Assembly (NCBI GenBank): GCA_041694815.1
Contig: JBGFSC010000038.1
Location: forward strand, 1 to 53,933
From: Elusimicrobiota bacterium
Lineage (GTDB): Bacteria > Elusimicrobiota > Elusimicrobia > UBA1565 > JACRDR01
Direction: 5' to 3'
DNA: 53,933 nucleotides
Numbering within the stretch: the stretch's first letter is position 1; each line of letters starts with the position of its first letter. The position numbers and the translations under genes are program-made. This document shows, piece by piece, positions 37,125 through 46,780 of this stretch. The notes beneath the pieces were generated by a model. That model worked only from the letters and a program-made list of their open reading frames with translations, did not search any database and was not told the origin of the DNA.

Positions 37125-38497
37125 CATTATTTATTTTTCTTCTTTCTTTATTTTCGCCGGCCTGCCTTGGGCTCTCCGTTGAACCGAGGCCTTATAATAT
37201 CGTCTTCATCGCGATCGACGGACTGCGGGCGGACCATTTAGGCTGTTATGGTTACAAGCGCCCGACGAGCCCCAACATAGACCTGTTGGCCGGACGAAGC
37301 CTCCAATTCACGCGCGCCGTGGCACCGGAGAGCTGGACTCTCCCCAGCTTCGCCTCGATATTCAGCTCGCAATACCCCCAACGGCACGGGGCATTCCACA
37401 TGGGCGCCAAACTGGGCGGCGGTGAGCCTCTCTTGACCGAACTGCTCAAGAGACACGGCTACCGTACCGCGGGTTTCGTCGGGGGACCCTTTCTGGAGCC
37501 CCAGTATGGATTTTCAAAGGGTTTTGACCTCTACCGCTCCGGAGGTTCCCGCTCTTTCCGTGAGACGACGCCGCAGGCGCTACAATGGCTCAAACGGCAT
37601 CGCAAGGACCGTTTCTTCCTTTTCATCCATGGCAACGACATACACCCGCCCTTCGATCTGCCCGACGCCGATGAGGCGGTGACGCATCGTTTTGACGGCG
37701 GCTATAAAGGCCCGGTGGATGCCATGCAACTGGATTACTACTTCGTCCGGGTGTTTAATCGCTTACCGTTGTCGCCCGCCGAGCCGAGCCCAGATCCAGC
37801 GTACTTGGATAAGATCGAGGCGATCCGCAAGAACCCCCGCGACCTGAGGCATATCGTCGCTCACCACGACGGCCAGGTCGCCGCCGTGGATCGCTACGTC
37901 GGCCAGATATGGCAGGCGCTGGAAGAGTCTGGGCTGCTCGACAACACCATCGTCGTCTTGACCTCCGATCACGGCATGGAACTCGGTGAGAAAGGCCTGC
38001 TGGGAACGGGCTACCATTTGGCCCTTTGGGAGACGATCACTCATGTGCCCCTGATCCTGCGGCATCCCGATCTCCCGCCCGCGAAGATCGACGGGCTCGC
38101 GGAACTTGTCGACATCGCCCCTACCCTATTGGAACTCGTCGGCATCCCGCCGCCGAAGGAATTCCAAGGCTTGAGCCTGATGCAGGGCACCAGGCCCTAC
38201 GCCTTCAGCGCCTCCAGCTTGGTGGCGCCGGCCGAACGCATTCCAATGTTTTCGATACGCGACGTCCGGTGGAAACTCATTTACGATGAGACCACGGGGA
38301 AATCCCGCCTTTACGACCTGCTAAAGGATCCCTCCGAAACCAAGGACTTATCCCCCAAAAACCCCGCGATGGCCCTCGAGCTGACCCAAAAATTATTCCA
38401 CCACATGCGCGGAACGCCGGATCCCACGCCGGAAGAGCGGAAAATAAAGCCGTCGCCCGCCCTGCTCAGGAAGCTTCGCGACGTAGGGTACTGGTAA
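37121..38497 (+). CDS. Sulfatase-like hydrolase (Thr at the nucleophile position)
   Basis: Motifs IDGLRADHLG.YGY, SWTLPSFAS, HPPF, TSDHG, HVPLI, LYDL..DP.E. Signal peptide. Confidence 0.85.
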   Translation: MTLFIFLLSLFSPACLGLSVEPRPYNIVFIAIDGLRADHLGCYGYKRPTSPNIDLLAGRSLQFTRAVAPESWTLPSFASIFSSQYPQRHGAFHMGAKLGGGEPLLTELLKRHGYRTAGFVGGPFLEPQYGFSKGFDLYRSGGSRSFRETTPQALQWLKRHRKDRFFLFIHGNDIHPPFDLPDADEAVTHRFDGGYKGPVDAMQLDYYFVRVFNRLPLSPAEPSPDPAYLDKIEAIRKNPRDLRHIVAHHDGQVAAVDRYVGQIWQALEESGLLDNTIVVLTSDHGMELGEKGLLGTGYHLALWETITHVPLILRHPDLPPAKIDGLAELVDIAPTLLELVGIPPPKEFQGLSLMQGTRPYAFSASSLVAPAERIPMFSIRDVRWKLIYDETTGKSRLYDLLKDPSETKDLSPKNPAMALELTQKLFHHMRGTPDPTPEERKIKPSPALLRKLRDVGYW

Positions 38498-39251
38498 GGG
38501 CCGACAGGATTTCTCCCTTGAGCTCCGTGAGATGGCGATCGGCCAGCTGGAACCGGCTCCGCGGACGGGGCAGGGTGATCCGGAATTCGCTCAGGACGCG
38601 GCCTGGACGCGCCGAGAGGATCAGTATCCTATCGGCAAGAAGCAACGCCTCTTCGACGTCGTGCGTAACGAACATCACGGTCTTCGTATGCCGCTCCCAT
38701 ACCGACATCAGCAGTTCCTGCATTTGAAGGCGCGTCAGCGCGTCCAGCGAGGCGAAGGGTTCGTCCATTAAGAGTATCTCCGGGTCATTGGCGAACGCCC
38801 GGGCGAGGCCGACCCTCTGCCGCATCCCGAAGCTCAGTTCCGAGGGATACCGGGCGGCAAACTCGCGCAGACCGATCTCGGCGAGGTAGCGCTCGACTAT
38901 CGCCTCGCGTTCCTTGCGGGAGAATCCCTTGAGCCTCGGGCCGAAGCCTATGTTTCCCGCCACCGTCTCCCAAGGGAAGAGGCTGTGTTGCTGAAAAACG
39001 ACCCCGCGGTCCACTCCAGGACCCAAGACCTCGGCCCCGTCGACGAGCACGGCGCCGCGTCGCGGAAGGAGGAATCCCGCCGCCAAATGCAGCAATGTCG
39101 ACTTTCCGCAGCCGGAGGGCCCGAGCAAACAAAGAAACTCCCTATGATGCACCTCAAAATCGACTCGATCGAGCGCGCGCACGAGGCGCGGCCCTTCTCC
39201 ATAGTCGTGGCCGACCCCTTGGAAGGCGAGGGCGGAAGGGCTAGAGCTCAT
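38466..39251 (-). CDS. ABC ATP-binding protein (SsuB/TauB/NrtD type)
   Basis: Motifs GPSGCGKST, LSFGMRQR, LMDEPF, VTHD. Confidence 0.92.
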   Translation of the reverse strand: MSSSPSALAFQGVGHDYGEGPRLVRALDRVDFEVHHREFLCLLGPSGCGKSTLLHLAAGFLLPRRGAVLVDGAEVLGPGVDRGVVFQQHSLFPWETVAGNIGFGPRLKGFSRKEREAIVERYLAEIGLREFAARYPSELSFGMRQRVGLARAFANDPEILLMDEPFASLDALTRLQMQELLMSVWERHTKTVMFVTHDVEEALLLADRILILSARPGRVLSEFRITLPRPRSRFQLADRHLTELKGEILSALTSTLRREAS

Positions 39252-40017
39252 CAGCCACTTTCCGCGACCACGGCAAGAGGCGACGCACCGATTCGACGAA
39301 GACGCGGTCGAACGTCAATCCCAAGAAGGCGATAAGGAGCACGCCGGCCATCATCCGATCCGTTTGAAACATCTGGTACGAATAGAACACGCGAAACCCC
39401 AGGCCTTCAAATGCTCCCGACATCTCGGCCGCCACCAAGGCGAACGTGCCCGTGGCGATGGAAAGGCGAGTGCCCGCCACCAGATAAGCCAGGCACCGCT
39501 TCAAATGGACTTCCCAAACCAGCCGGAGCCCGCTGGCGCCCAGGCAACGCGCGGCCCAGACATACTCCTGCTCCACGCCCACAATGCCGGTTTGAACGTT
39601 AAGCCATACGGGAAAAGCCGCGCCCCAAGCGGTAATGGCGATCTTTTCCAGCTCTCCCAGGCCGAACCAGAGCATCGCGAAGGGAACCAATAGCAAGAAT
39701 GGGATCGTACGCAGAAAATTCAAGAGCAGGCCCACGCTGCGTCGCGCCCACGGGATCGAGCCGGTCAATACGCCCAGTGCCAGTCCCAGGAGGTTGCCGA
39801 GCAGCAGGCCCGAGAACCAACGCCTGCCGCTCGCGGCGGCGTCTCGGAGGAGTTCCCCCGACGCCCACATGTCGGCGAGCGCGCGGGCGGCCTCAGAGGG
39901 CGGTGGGAAAAGATGGGCCGGATACGTTTGCCAGCGGCCCAAGCATTCCCAAGACAAAGCGAATAGGGCGGCGGTCGCGCTCGGACCGGCCCAAGCGGGC
40001 AGTTTATCGCCGCTCAT
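39241..40017 (-). CDS. ABC permease (SsuC/TauC type)
   Basis: Motifs FPPPS, WFGLGE, AARCLGA (EAA-like loop), LVAAEM, GLG. Confidence 0.9.
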   Translation of the reverse strand: MSGDKLPAWAGPSATAALFALSWECLGRWQTYPAHLFPPPSEAARALADMWASGELLRDAAASGRRWFSGLLLGNLLGLALGVLTGSIPWARRSVGLLLNFLRTIPFLLLVPFAMLWFGLGELEKIAITAWGAAFPVWLNVQTGIVGVEQEYVWAARCLGASGLRLVWEVHLKRCLAYLVAGTRLSIATGTFALVAAEMSGAFEGLGFRVFYSYQMFQTDRMMAGVLLIAFLGLTFDRVFVESVRRLLPWSRKVADEL

Positions 40018-40035
40018 GATGACGGGGATTTTAAC

Positions 40036-40995
40036 CTACTCAAGGCTAACCGCGGAAGGCCTCTCTTTCATTAGAGCCGTCGCATCGATGTAGCGGCGGA
40101 AATCGGGCATCGGCTTATCACTCCTGTTTTGCTCCAGGACCCACGCCCCGACTTCGGTCATGAGCCTCGGTAAGCCGCCGTCTAGCTCCACGGCATAAAC
40201 GTTCTCTCTCATGAGATCGCGCAGGACCTTCGCATCCATCGCGAGACGCGAAGCGACGATTCGGGCCGCCTCATCAGGATGTCTGCCCATGAAGTCCCGC
40301 GCTTTTAAAAGGGCGCGGATCACCCGGCGCGCCGCCTCGGGGCGCGCGGCCAGGAAGTCCGGGGCCATATTGACGGTCACTCTGCCCTCGTATAATCCTG
40401 CCGGGGGAAAAACCGTGGAACGCTCGCCGTGATATCGACGGCCGTAATAAATATGGGGTTCCCAGGCGAAATAGCCGTCGATGTCCCCCTTCGCATAGGC
40501 GACCACCATTTCCGGCGGGGACATGTTCGCGATCTTGACCTCCTCCGGCTTGATCCCATGTCTTTTCAGGAGGCGGTACATGAAGTAATCGGAGTTGGTG
40601 CCGGGCAGCGTCGCGATCTTCCTTCCGCGCAAATCCCCGGGCTTGAAGATGCCGCGATCCTTGCGGGCGATAAGCTTGGCCTCCCCATGCCGCGCGATCG
40701 TCGCGATGGTCGCGAGCTTGTTTCCTTGGACGATGGCGTGAACGACGGGCGTTTCCGATACGGATTGTATCTGCGCCTGCCCGGCCAACAAGGCCTGCAG
40801 GGCTTGCCGGCCGGAGGAGAACATTTTGGGCTCGACCTCGAGGCCCTCCTGCTTAAAAAACTCACGGTCGATGGCGACGTAAGCGACGGCGGCGGGAACC
40901 GAGGCGGGCAGAGCGTAAATTAGTTTCGTCGTCTCGGCGGCTTGCGGGGAGGCTCTTACCACGCAGATCGTCACGGCCAAGGCGAACAAGCGCAT
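40036..40995 (-). CDS. ABC substrate-binding protein (NrtA/SsuA/TauA type)
   Basis: Motifs FFKQEGLEV, DLRGRKIA...GT, GDIDG..AWEP. Signal peptide from ATG 40995. Confidence 0.88.
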   Translation of the reverse strand: MRLFALAVTICVVRASPQAAETTKLIYALPASVPAAVAYVAIDREFFKQEGLEVEPKMFSSGRQALQALLAGQAQIQSVSETPVVHAIVQGNKLATIATIARHGEAKLIARKDRGIFKPGDLRGRKIATLPGTNSDYFMYRLLKRHGIKPEEVKIANMSPPEMVVAYAKGDIDGYFAWEPHIYYGRRYHGERSTVFPPAGLYEGRVTVNMAPDFLAARPEAARRVIRALLKARDFMGRHPDEAARIVASRLAMDAKVLRDLMRENVYAVELDGGLPRLMTEVGAWVLEQNRSDKPMPDFRRYIDATALMKERPSAVSLE

Positions 40996-41053
40996 TTTCC
41001 CGAATATTACAGCAAATAAGAGCGCGCGCCGGCCGATGTGATACAATGGCCGC

Positions 41054-41785
41054 ATGCCAACGATACGGTCGGATCTTTATCCGGATTTAAGGCCGTTCCG
41101 GGGAGCTTCCTCCTCCGTCGGCGTCGCGGCGTTCTTCAAGAAAAAGGTTCCCTTGTTCCGGCGGGTGCCCGAACCGGCGCTGCTTGAGCTGGCGAAAGCA
41201 GCCGTCGCTCGGCGCTACGCCCGGGGTCAACATGTATGCCAAACCGGAGACCCCGCGCGCGAGATTTGGATCGTCTACGAGGGCCGCCTATGCGTCAATC
41301 AATGCGGCTGGCAGGGAAACGGCTTAAGCATCGAAGTGATGGTTCCGGGCGATGTCTCGGGATTAGCGGCGGTCGCCTGCCGAACTTATCCCGGAGAGGT
41401 CGTGGCCACGCGGCCTACCCTCTTGTTGGCGATCGGCCGCGATAGGTTCGTGCAGGCGATCGAAAAATATCCGATTCTGGCCCGCGAGATCCTCTACGCT
41501 TATGGACAGCGCATCCATTACATCGAGACACTGCTCTACCTGTCGCGTGAGAAGGTGGAAAAGCGCCTGGCCGCCGCCCTGCTCTACCTCTACCATAAAT
41601 TCGGCTTCAGCTTACCCCTGACTCGCGCCGAGATCGGCCAAATGGCCGGAACCACTCCTGAAACCACCATGCGTCTGCTCAAGCGGTTCTCCCAGAAAGG
41701 CCTTTTGGAAGGGCATCGAGGGCAAGTGGTGCTCACGGATTTAAAGGGCCTCAAGGCCCAACTGGGCGGCCTGCCCCCCGCCTGA
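41054..41785 (+). CDS. Crp/Fnr-family transcriptional regulator
   Basis: cNMP-binding-like domain, RLAAALL, and HTH LTRAEIGQMAGTTPETTMR. Confidence 0.9.
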   Translation: MPTIRSDLYPDLRPFRGASSSVGVAAFFKKKVPLFRRVPEPALLELAKAAVARRYARGQHVCQTGDPAREIWIVYEGRLCVNQCGWQGNGLSIEVMVPGDVSGLAAVACRTYPGEVVATRPTLLLAIGRDRFVQAIEKYPILAREILYAYGQRIHYIETLLYLSREKVEKRLAAALLYLYHKFGFSLPLTRAEIGQMAGTTPETTMRLLKRFSQKGLLEGHRGQVVLTDLKGLKAQLGGLPPA

Positions 41786-41799
41786 CGGCCGTCATGTTT

Positions 41800-41846
41800 C
41801 CATGACAATCCCCGTCATGGATCGTTCACGTCCAGATTGATTTAAT
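41800..41846 (+). promoter_or_regulatory. Candidate operator palindrome plus extended -10 for the TonB receptor gene
   Basis: CCATGAC-N7-GTCATGG at 41800-41820; TGaTTTAAT at 41838-41846, 7 nt before ATG 41854. Confidence 0.5.
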
Positions 41847-41853
41847 CCGCCGT

Positions 41854-43860
41854 ATGCCTCTCCAGCTGCTCGCGCGTTGGCCGCTTGCTTGGGCCGCGGT
41901 GTTTTTAACGCAAACCCCGGCCGCCGCCCAGGACCGCTTGGAACCCATGGTGATCACCGCCACGCGCATCCTCCAGCCGCTAAGCGCCGTTTCGGCGCGG
42001 GCGATCGTGATCTCCTCGGAGGCGGTGCGCCTGACGCCGGCCCATGCCACCGACGACTTGCTGCGGCAGGTCCCCGGGATCAACATGAAAGGGACCGCCA
42101 GCAACGTCGTCAATCCGGTGCTCCAGACCGTCTCCCTGATGGGCTTCGGCGCGCGGCAGACCTTGGTGCTTTGGGACGGAGTGCCCCTGAGCGACGGATC
42201 GGGCGGGCATATCACTTGGAGCAAGGTCCCGCCTAATATGATCGAACGGGTAGAGGTGATCCGCGGGGGCAACTCGAGCCTCTACGGCTCCGGGGCCATG
42301 GGAGGCGTCATCAACGTGATCACGCGCTCCCCCGCCAAACGCTCGGCCGAAGTCGACGTTTCTTACGCCTCGCAGCACACGAAAAGGCTCCATGGGTACG
42401 TCAGCGATACCTTCAAGGACTTGCTGGGAGTGGGCCTGGGCTATCACTATTACGAGACGGGCGGCTACCAGTGGCTTCCGTCGGAGGTTCGAGGGCCGGT
42501 CGACAAGAATGCCTGGGCCAAGAACTGGAATCTGAACCTCAAGTTAAACTCCGCGGAGCGGGCCGACACGGATTGGTTTTTGCGCGGCAACCTATTCCAT
42601 GACAATAGAAACCACGGCCTGGACCAGTGGTTCGACTCCCGCGATCACTTGGAGCTGGCGGGAGGGCTCGAGCGCCCTCTCGGCGGCGGCCGGCTCCACG
42701 GCACCGCCTTTCTCGGAAAATATGATCTCGACAGCACCAACGCCGCCGTCAACGCGAGCCGAACCTCTCAATCCGTTTCCATCCACAACTATATTCCCTA
42801 TTTGGATGCCGGCGGTAATCTTCAGTTCAGCGGCGAGCTCCCTGGGACCCAATCCACGTACGTGTTCGGCGTCGATACACGGCACATTAATTACCGCAAC
42901 AACGAGGACCAGTTCGCCGGAGGCCTGAATACCGGCAGCGTCAGCCAGGGAGGAAAACAGATCAATCTGGGGGCCTTCAACGCATGGAGCCTGAGTCCGA
43001 CCGAGGCATGGACGCTCGATCCGAGCGTCCGGATCGATTATTGGGAGACTTTCAACGCGTTTCAAGCGGCGGTCGATGGATCCGTCTCGGGCCTTCCCGG
43101 AAAGCAATTCGTATTTTTGAGCCCTCGCTTCGGCGCCCGCTATCAAGCCACCGAGGAAATGGCCGTGCGGGGAGCTGCCTACCGTGCCTTCGTGGCGCCC
43201 AATCCCGAGCAGCTCTGGCGCACGGCACGGCCGGCCGGTATTTTCTGGGAGCCGAACCCCAAACTCGGCCCCGAAAAGCTCAATATCGGCGGCGAAATCG
43301 GTTTCGATTGGAAACCATCCCCGTTCGGATTGCATTGGACCGGATTCTGGAACGAGATCTCGGACGCGCTCGTTCGCGTGTTCTCGACCCCCACTCGATT
43401 CCAGACCCAAAATCTCGGCAATATCCGCAACCGCGGCTTCGTGGCCGAAAGTTCCGTCCGGCCGCTCGATAAACTCGACGCGAGCCTCTCCTACACCTTT
43501 GTGGATTCGATCGTCACAAGAAATCCCGCCAACACCTCGATTGAAGGGAAGATGCCGCCGGAAACCCCGCGTCACCAGATCGGATTCGAAATCGCGTACC
43601 AAGCACCCTCCGTCATAAACGCCAGCGTGCGGGGCCGCTACCTAAGCCGGCGATGGAACGACGACGCCAACACGCAATTGCTCGATGATCATTTCGTGCT
43701 CGACCTCTTGCTATCGAGAAGGGTCCACAAGAACTTCGAGGTCTACCTGATCGGGGAGAACCTGCTGGATCGATCCTACATCGCCTGGCAACTGAGCGCC
43801 GTCAATCGCTTCCTCGGCTATCCGCGCTATCTCGGCGCGGGTCTACGCGCCTTCTTTTAG
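41854..43860 (+). CDS. TonB-dependent outer-membrane receptor
   Basis: TonB box MVITATR, plug motif IERVEVIRGGNSSLYGSGAMGGVINVIT, ENLLD, C-terminal Phe. Confidence 0.93.
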   Translation: MPLQLLARWPLAWAAVFLTQTPAAAQDRLEPMVITATRILQPLSAVSARAIVISSEAVRLTPAHATDDLLRQVPGINMKGTASNVVNPVLQTVSLMGFGARQTLVLWDGVPLSDGSGGHITWSKVPPNMIERVEVIRGGNSSLYGSGAMGGVINVITRSPAKRSAEVDVSYASQHTKRLHGYVSDTFKDLLGVGLGYHYYETGGYQWLPSEVRGPVDKNAWAKNWNLNLKLNSAERADTDWFLRGNLFHDNRNHGLDQWFDSRDHLELAGGLERPLGGGRLHGTAFLGKYDLDSTNAAVNASRTSQSVSIHNYIPYLDAGGNLQFSGELPGTQSTYVFGVDTRHINYRNNEDQFAGGLNTGSVSQGGKQINLGAFNAWSLSPTEAWTLDPSVRIDYWETFNAFQAAVDGSVSGLPGKQFVFLSPRFGARYQATEEMAVRGAAYRAFVAPNPEQLWRTARPAGIFWEPNPKLGPEKLNIGGEIGFDWKPSPFGLHWTGFWNEISDALVRVFSTPTRFQTQNLGNIRNRGFVAESSVRPLDKLDASLSYTFVDSIVTRNPANTSIEGKMPPETPRHQIGFEIAYQAPSVINASVRGRYLSRRWNDDANTQLLDDHFVLDLLLSRRVHKNFEVYLIGENLLDRSYIAWQLSAVNRFLGYPRYLGAGLRAFF

Positions 43861-44591
43861 TCGCAACGATCCGCGCATGCAGGTGGTCCAGCAGGCTTCT
43901 GCAGCAGCTCGATGGAGCAGCGCATGCCCTGCTTGTCGTGCGCCGCGCGCCCCGACTCCTCCGAGGCCAGACGCAGCAGCCCCAAGCCCGTTAGCCGACG
44001 CGCGTATTCGACATTGCGGAGCCGGTCCGTCTCGTTTCCGTAGCCGTTGGCCATGAGCAAAAGCCCGCCTGGCCGCAGGCCCGCGGCCAGACGCGCGTTG
44101 AACTCGTCGAGCGCCTTCGAGAACGCGGGCCCCTTGCGCGGGTCGCCCAGGTAATACATGAAATCGCCCGCGACGATCAGGTCGAAGGCGTTCTCATCAC
44201 GCCAATGGCGAGCGTTGGCGCGGACCCATTCGACTTTTTCGGAGGCGACTTCCCGGCTCGCTCGCTCAAGGGCGCGCCTCGAGATGTCCATGGCTACGAT
44301 CTTCCCGCAGTACGGCAGCAGCCTCCGCGTGAAGGCGCCCTCGGCGCAGCCTATCTCCAAGCACTTAGAAAAGCTCCGGCCCGCCAACAGCGCCTCCATC
44401 CGGTCGAAACGCTCGCGCTCATAGGCCGAGTCCTTGTAATGGAAGGGATCGCTCCTGCGGCTGAAAATGCGGCGCGCCTTATCCCAGGTGGAGATGTCGT
44501 GCCGAAGCAGCAAAAACCGCTCCCACCAGCGCAGTCCGAATCGGTCGGCCAGGCGCTGCAGCCATTGCGCCTCCAGGACCCTTTTGAGCAT
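43857..44591 (-). CDS. NodS-like class I SAM-dependent methyltransferase (paralogue of 2357-2998)
   Basis: Motifs DPFHY..SAYERER, LEIGCAEG, FDLIVAGDFMYYL. Start taken at ATG 44591. Confidence 0.82.
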   Translation of the reverse strand: MLKRVLEAQWLQRLADRFGLRWWERFLLLRHDISTWDKARRIFSRRSDPFHYKDSAYERERFDRMEALLAGRSFSKCLEIGCAEGAFTRRLLPYCGKIVAMDISRRALERASREVASEKVEWVRANARHWRDENAFDLIVAGDFMYYLGDPRKGPAFSKALDEFNARLAAGLRPGGLLLMANGYGNETDRLRNVEYARRLTGLGLLRLASEESGRAAHDKQGMRCSIELLQKPAGPPACADRCD

Positions 44592-44696
44592 TGATGGACG
44601 AGGATTGTAGCAGATTTCGCAATAGGCCTTTGGGCCTAGGAAAATATGGGCCTTATACCCTTGGACTCGGAGCCGATGGGCGACTACGCTTGATTC

Positions 44697-46199
44697 ATGC
44701 GGCACGCAAGCGTCTTTCAGCGGTGCACGGCCTCGGCCCTCACGTCGGCCCTCTTGGCCACCAGCTGGCCCGCGCCCACGTTCTCGCAAGACAACCCCAA
44801 GCGCCTCGAGGAAGCCCTGCGCGGCTCCGAAGCGTATAAACGCCTCCAAGAGCTCGCCGAGGGCGGAACGCAGCAGACGGCAATGGACTCGGCCGCGTCC
44901 GCGGACCGAAAACACGCCGGAGGCGAACGCGCCGGCGCTTGCGCCGCTCCTCCGCCTCCCATCGCCGCGGCCACCGAAGTCCTCGATCCGGAATTTCGCA
45001 GGGCCATGGAGGCGGCGTTGAGTGCCGAGAGGCTCCAGGAATACGTGGCGCGCGTCGCCGACCCCTACTACGAGGGCCGTGGGGCGGGGACGAAGAAAAG
45101 CGCCGAGTTTATCGAGTACCTGCTCAAGCACCTAGATAAGGCCGGAGTCCCCGCGAAGACGCAGCCGTTCACCGTGCTACCCTTCACGGACTTTCCCTTC
45201 GGCGGGCGCCGGCTTGAGAGCATGGTGCGTCCGGCGCATTCCAAGAACGTGATCGCCCGCATCGAAGGCTCCGACCCCGAGCTGAGCAAGGACGTCATCG
45301 TCATCTGCGCCCATTTCGACCACCTGGTCCCGACGCGCGACCTGTTCCGCTGGCTCGGGGTCCCGATCTTCCTGGCCATGACCACGGGCATCGATCTCGT
45401 CAGTCCGCTGCTAAAGCCCTTGGGCCATATCGGCGTCGGGGGACTGCTCAGCTTGAACGTAGTGGTCCTGCAGCTTCTCTTCAGGGACTTCGGCATCGAC
45501 ATCATGACGGGCCGTTGGCTGCCCTTGCCGGGCCCCAAGAAGATATTCCCGGGGGCCGATGACAACGGCTCGGGTACCGCCGCGCTCATGGCGCTGGCGG
45601 ACGCCTTCGGCGAGCTCTCTCGCAAGGGGGTGCGCCCCAAACGCAGCATCGTGCTCGCCTTTTTCGACGCCGAGGAGGTGGGCCTGGTCGGCTCCAAGCA
45701 ATTCGTCAAGCGCTTAAGCGCCGAGGAACGCAACCGCATCGTCCAGGTCATCAACCTTGACATGATCGGCTGGAGCAAGCCGGACCGGCCGGATGCGCTC
45801 AAGGTGATTCTGCCGCCCACCGTGCCCCTCCTGCTGCAGGTTTTCGTGGGCCCGGCCCTGCCGGTGCTGCGCGGCGAGGAGCTCATCCGCCGGAAGAACC
45901 CGATCCTCAAGCAGAAGCTCGAGTCCGTCAACGCCCGCCTCGGCCTGGGATTCAAGTTCGAGTACACCAATTACGAGTTCAATGGCAGCGACCAATACAG
46001 TTTCTTCATGAAGCGCAGGCCCGACGGCGGCCGCACCAGCGTGGTGTTCTTCTTCGACGGCGGGCCCGGGCCCTACCACCGGGAACAGGACGAGTCGCCG
46101 ACCATCGACGGGACCTACGCCTCGCGCGTGGCCCGCCTGGCCGCCGGGCTTGCCTGGGAGATCGCCAATACCGACACGACGCCGAGGTATCAGGAATGA
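44697..46199 (+). CDS. M28-family peptidase with a hydrophobic insertion
   Basis: Motifs EGRGAG, AHFDH, GADDNGSG, AEEVGLVGS, NLDMIG, SDQYSF, YH...D. Confidence 0.88.
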   Translation: MRHASVFQRCTASALTSALLATSWPAPTFSQDNPKRLEEALRGSEAYKRLQELAEGGTQQTAMDSAASADRKHAGGERAGACAAPPPPIAAATEVLDPEFRRAMEAALSAERLQEYVARVADPYYEGRGAGTKKSAEFIEYLLKHLDKAGVPAKTQPFTVLPFTDFPFGGRRLESMVRPAHSKNVIARIEGSDPELSKDVIVICAHFDHLVPTRDLFRWLGVPIFLAMTTGIDLVSPLLKPLGHIGVGGLLSLNVVVLQLLFRDFGIDIMTGRWLPLPGPKKIFPGADDNGSGTAALMALADAFGELSRKGVRPKRSIVLAFFDAEEVGLVGSKQFVKRLSAEERNRIVQVINLDMIGWSKPDRPDALKVILPPTVPLLLQVFVGPALPVLRGEELIRRKNPILKQKLESVNARLGLGFKFEYTNYEFNGSDQYSFFMKRRPDGGRTSVVFFFDGGPGPYHREQDESPTIDGTYASRVARLAAGLAWEIANTDTTPRYQE

Positions 46200-46762
46200 G
46201 GCGCGCCTGGGCGGCGTCCTTGTGGCTGGCGCTGGCCGTCGGCGCCTTCGCGGAGTCCCCCGAAGGCCTGAGCGAGTCGGCACGGCCGGTCTTCGACGGC
46301 TCGGGCCCCGTCGAAACGGCGGCGGTCCCGGCCACGGCGAAGGTTCCGGCGCCCACACGCGCGGCCCGCAAACCCCGCTTCACCTTCATGGCCCCTCCTC
46401 CCCCCTCGAGGGCGGCCGAGATCGACGCCTTCGGCACGCGCCGGATGATGGCGCTCACGGCCCTCGGCTATTTCGCGGGCGGCTCCCTACACGCACCCTT
46501 GATCGCGCTCTCGGCGTCGCTCGGCCTTTCCGGCTTCGGCCTTCCACTCGTCGCCGCCTGCCTTTTGGGAACCGCAGGAGCGGTCGGAGCGACGTTGGAC
46601 GCCGCGCGGGAAGGCCTGCCGCGCGGGGAATGCCTGCTCAATGGCTTCCGGGGAGCCCTATTCGGCTTCTTCATGGGGCTGCCGATGCTGGGAGCCTCCT
46701 TGGGGGTGCGCGCCAGCGTCTGGCTGGAATCCCGCTGGCCCTCCCGCAAAAAGAGCCCTTGA
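46196..46762 (+). CDS. Gly-rich membrane hypothetical protein
   Basis: Signal peptide plus Gly-zipper-like TM segments. ATGA overlap with the peptidase. Confidence 0.65.
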   Translation: MRRAWAASLWLALAVGAFAESPEGLSESARPVFDGSGPVETAAVPATAKVPAPTRAARKPRFTFMAPPPPSRAAEIDAFGTRRMMALTALGYFAGGSLHAPLIALSASLGLSGFGLPLVAACLLGTAGAVGATLDAAREGLPRGECLLNGFRGALFGFFMGLPMLGASLGVRASVWLESRWPSRKKSP

Positions 46763-46780
46763 TTTGTTAGAATCGCGCGG

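Noticed and set aside
40019..40030. 12-mer AATCCCCGTCAT (minus strand) matching part of the 41800-41820 palindrome
   Set aside because: It is only a half-site, inside an operon junction, which is not enough to call a second operator.
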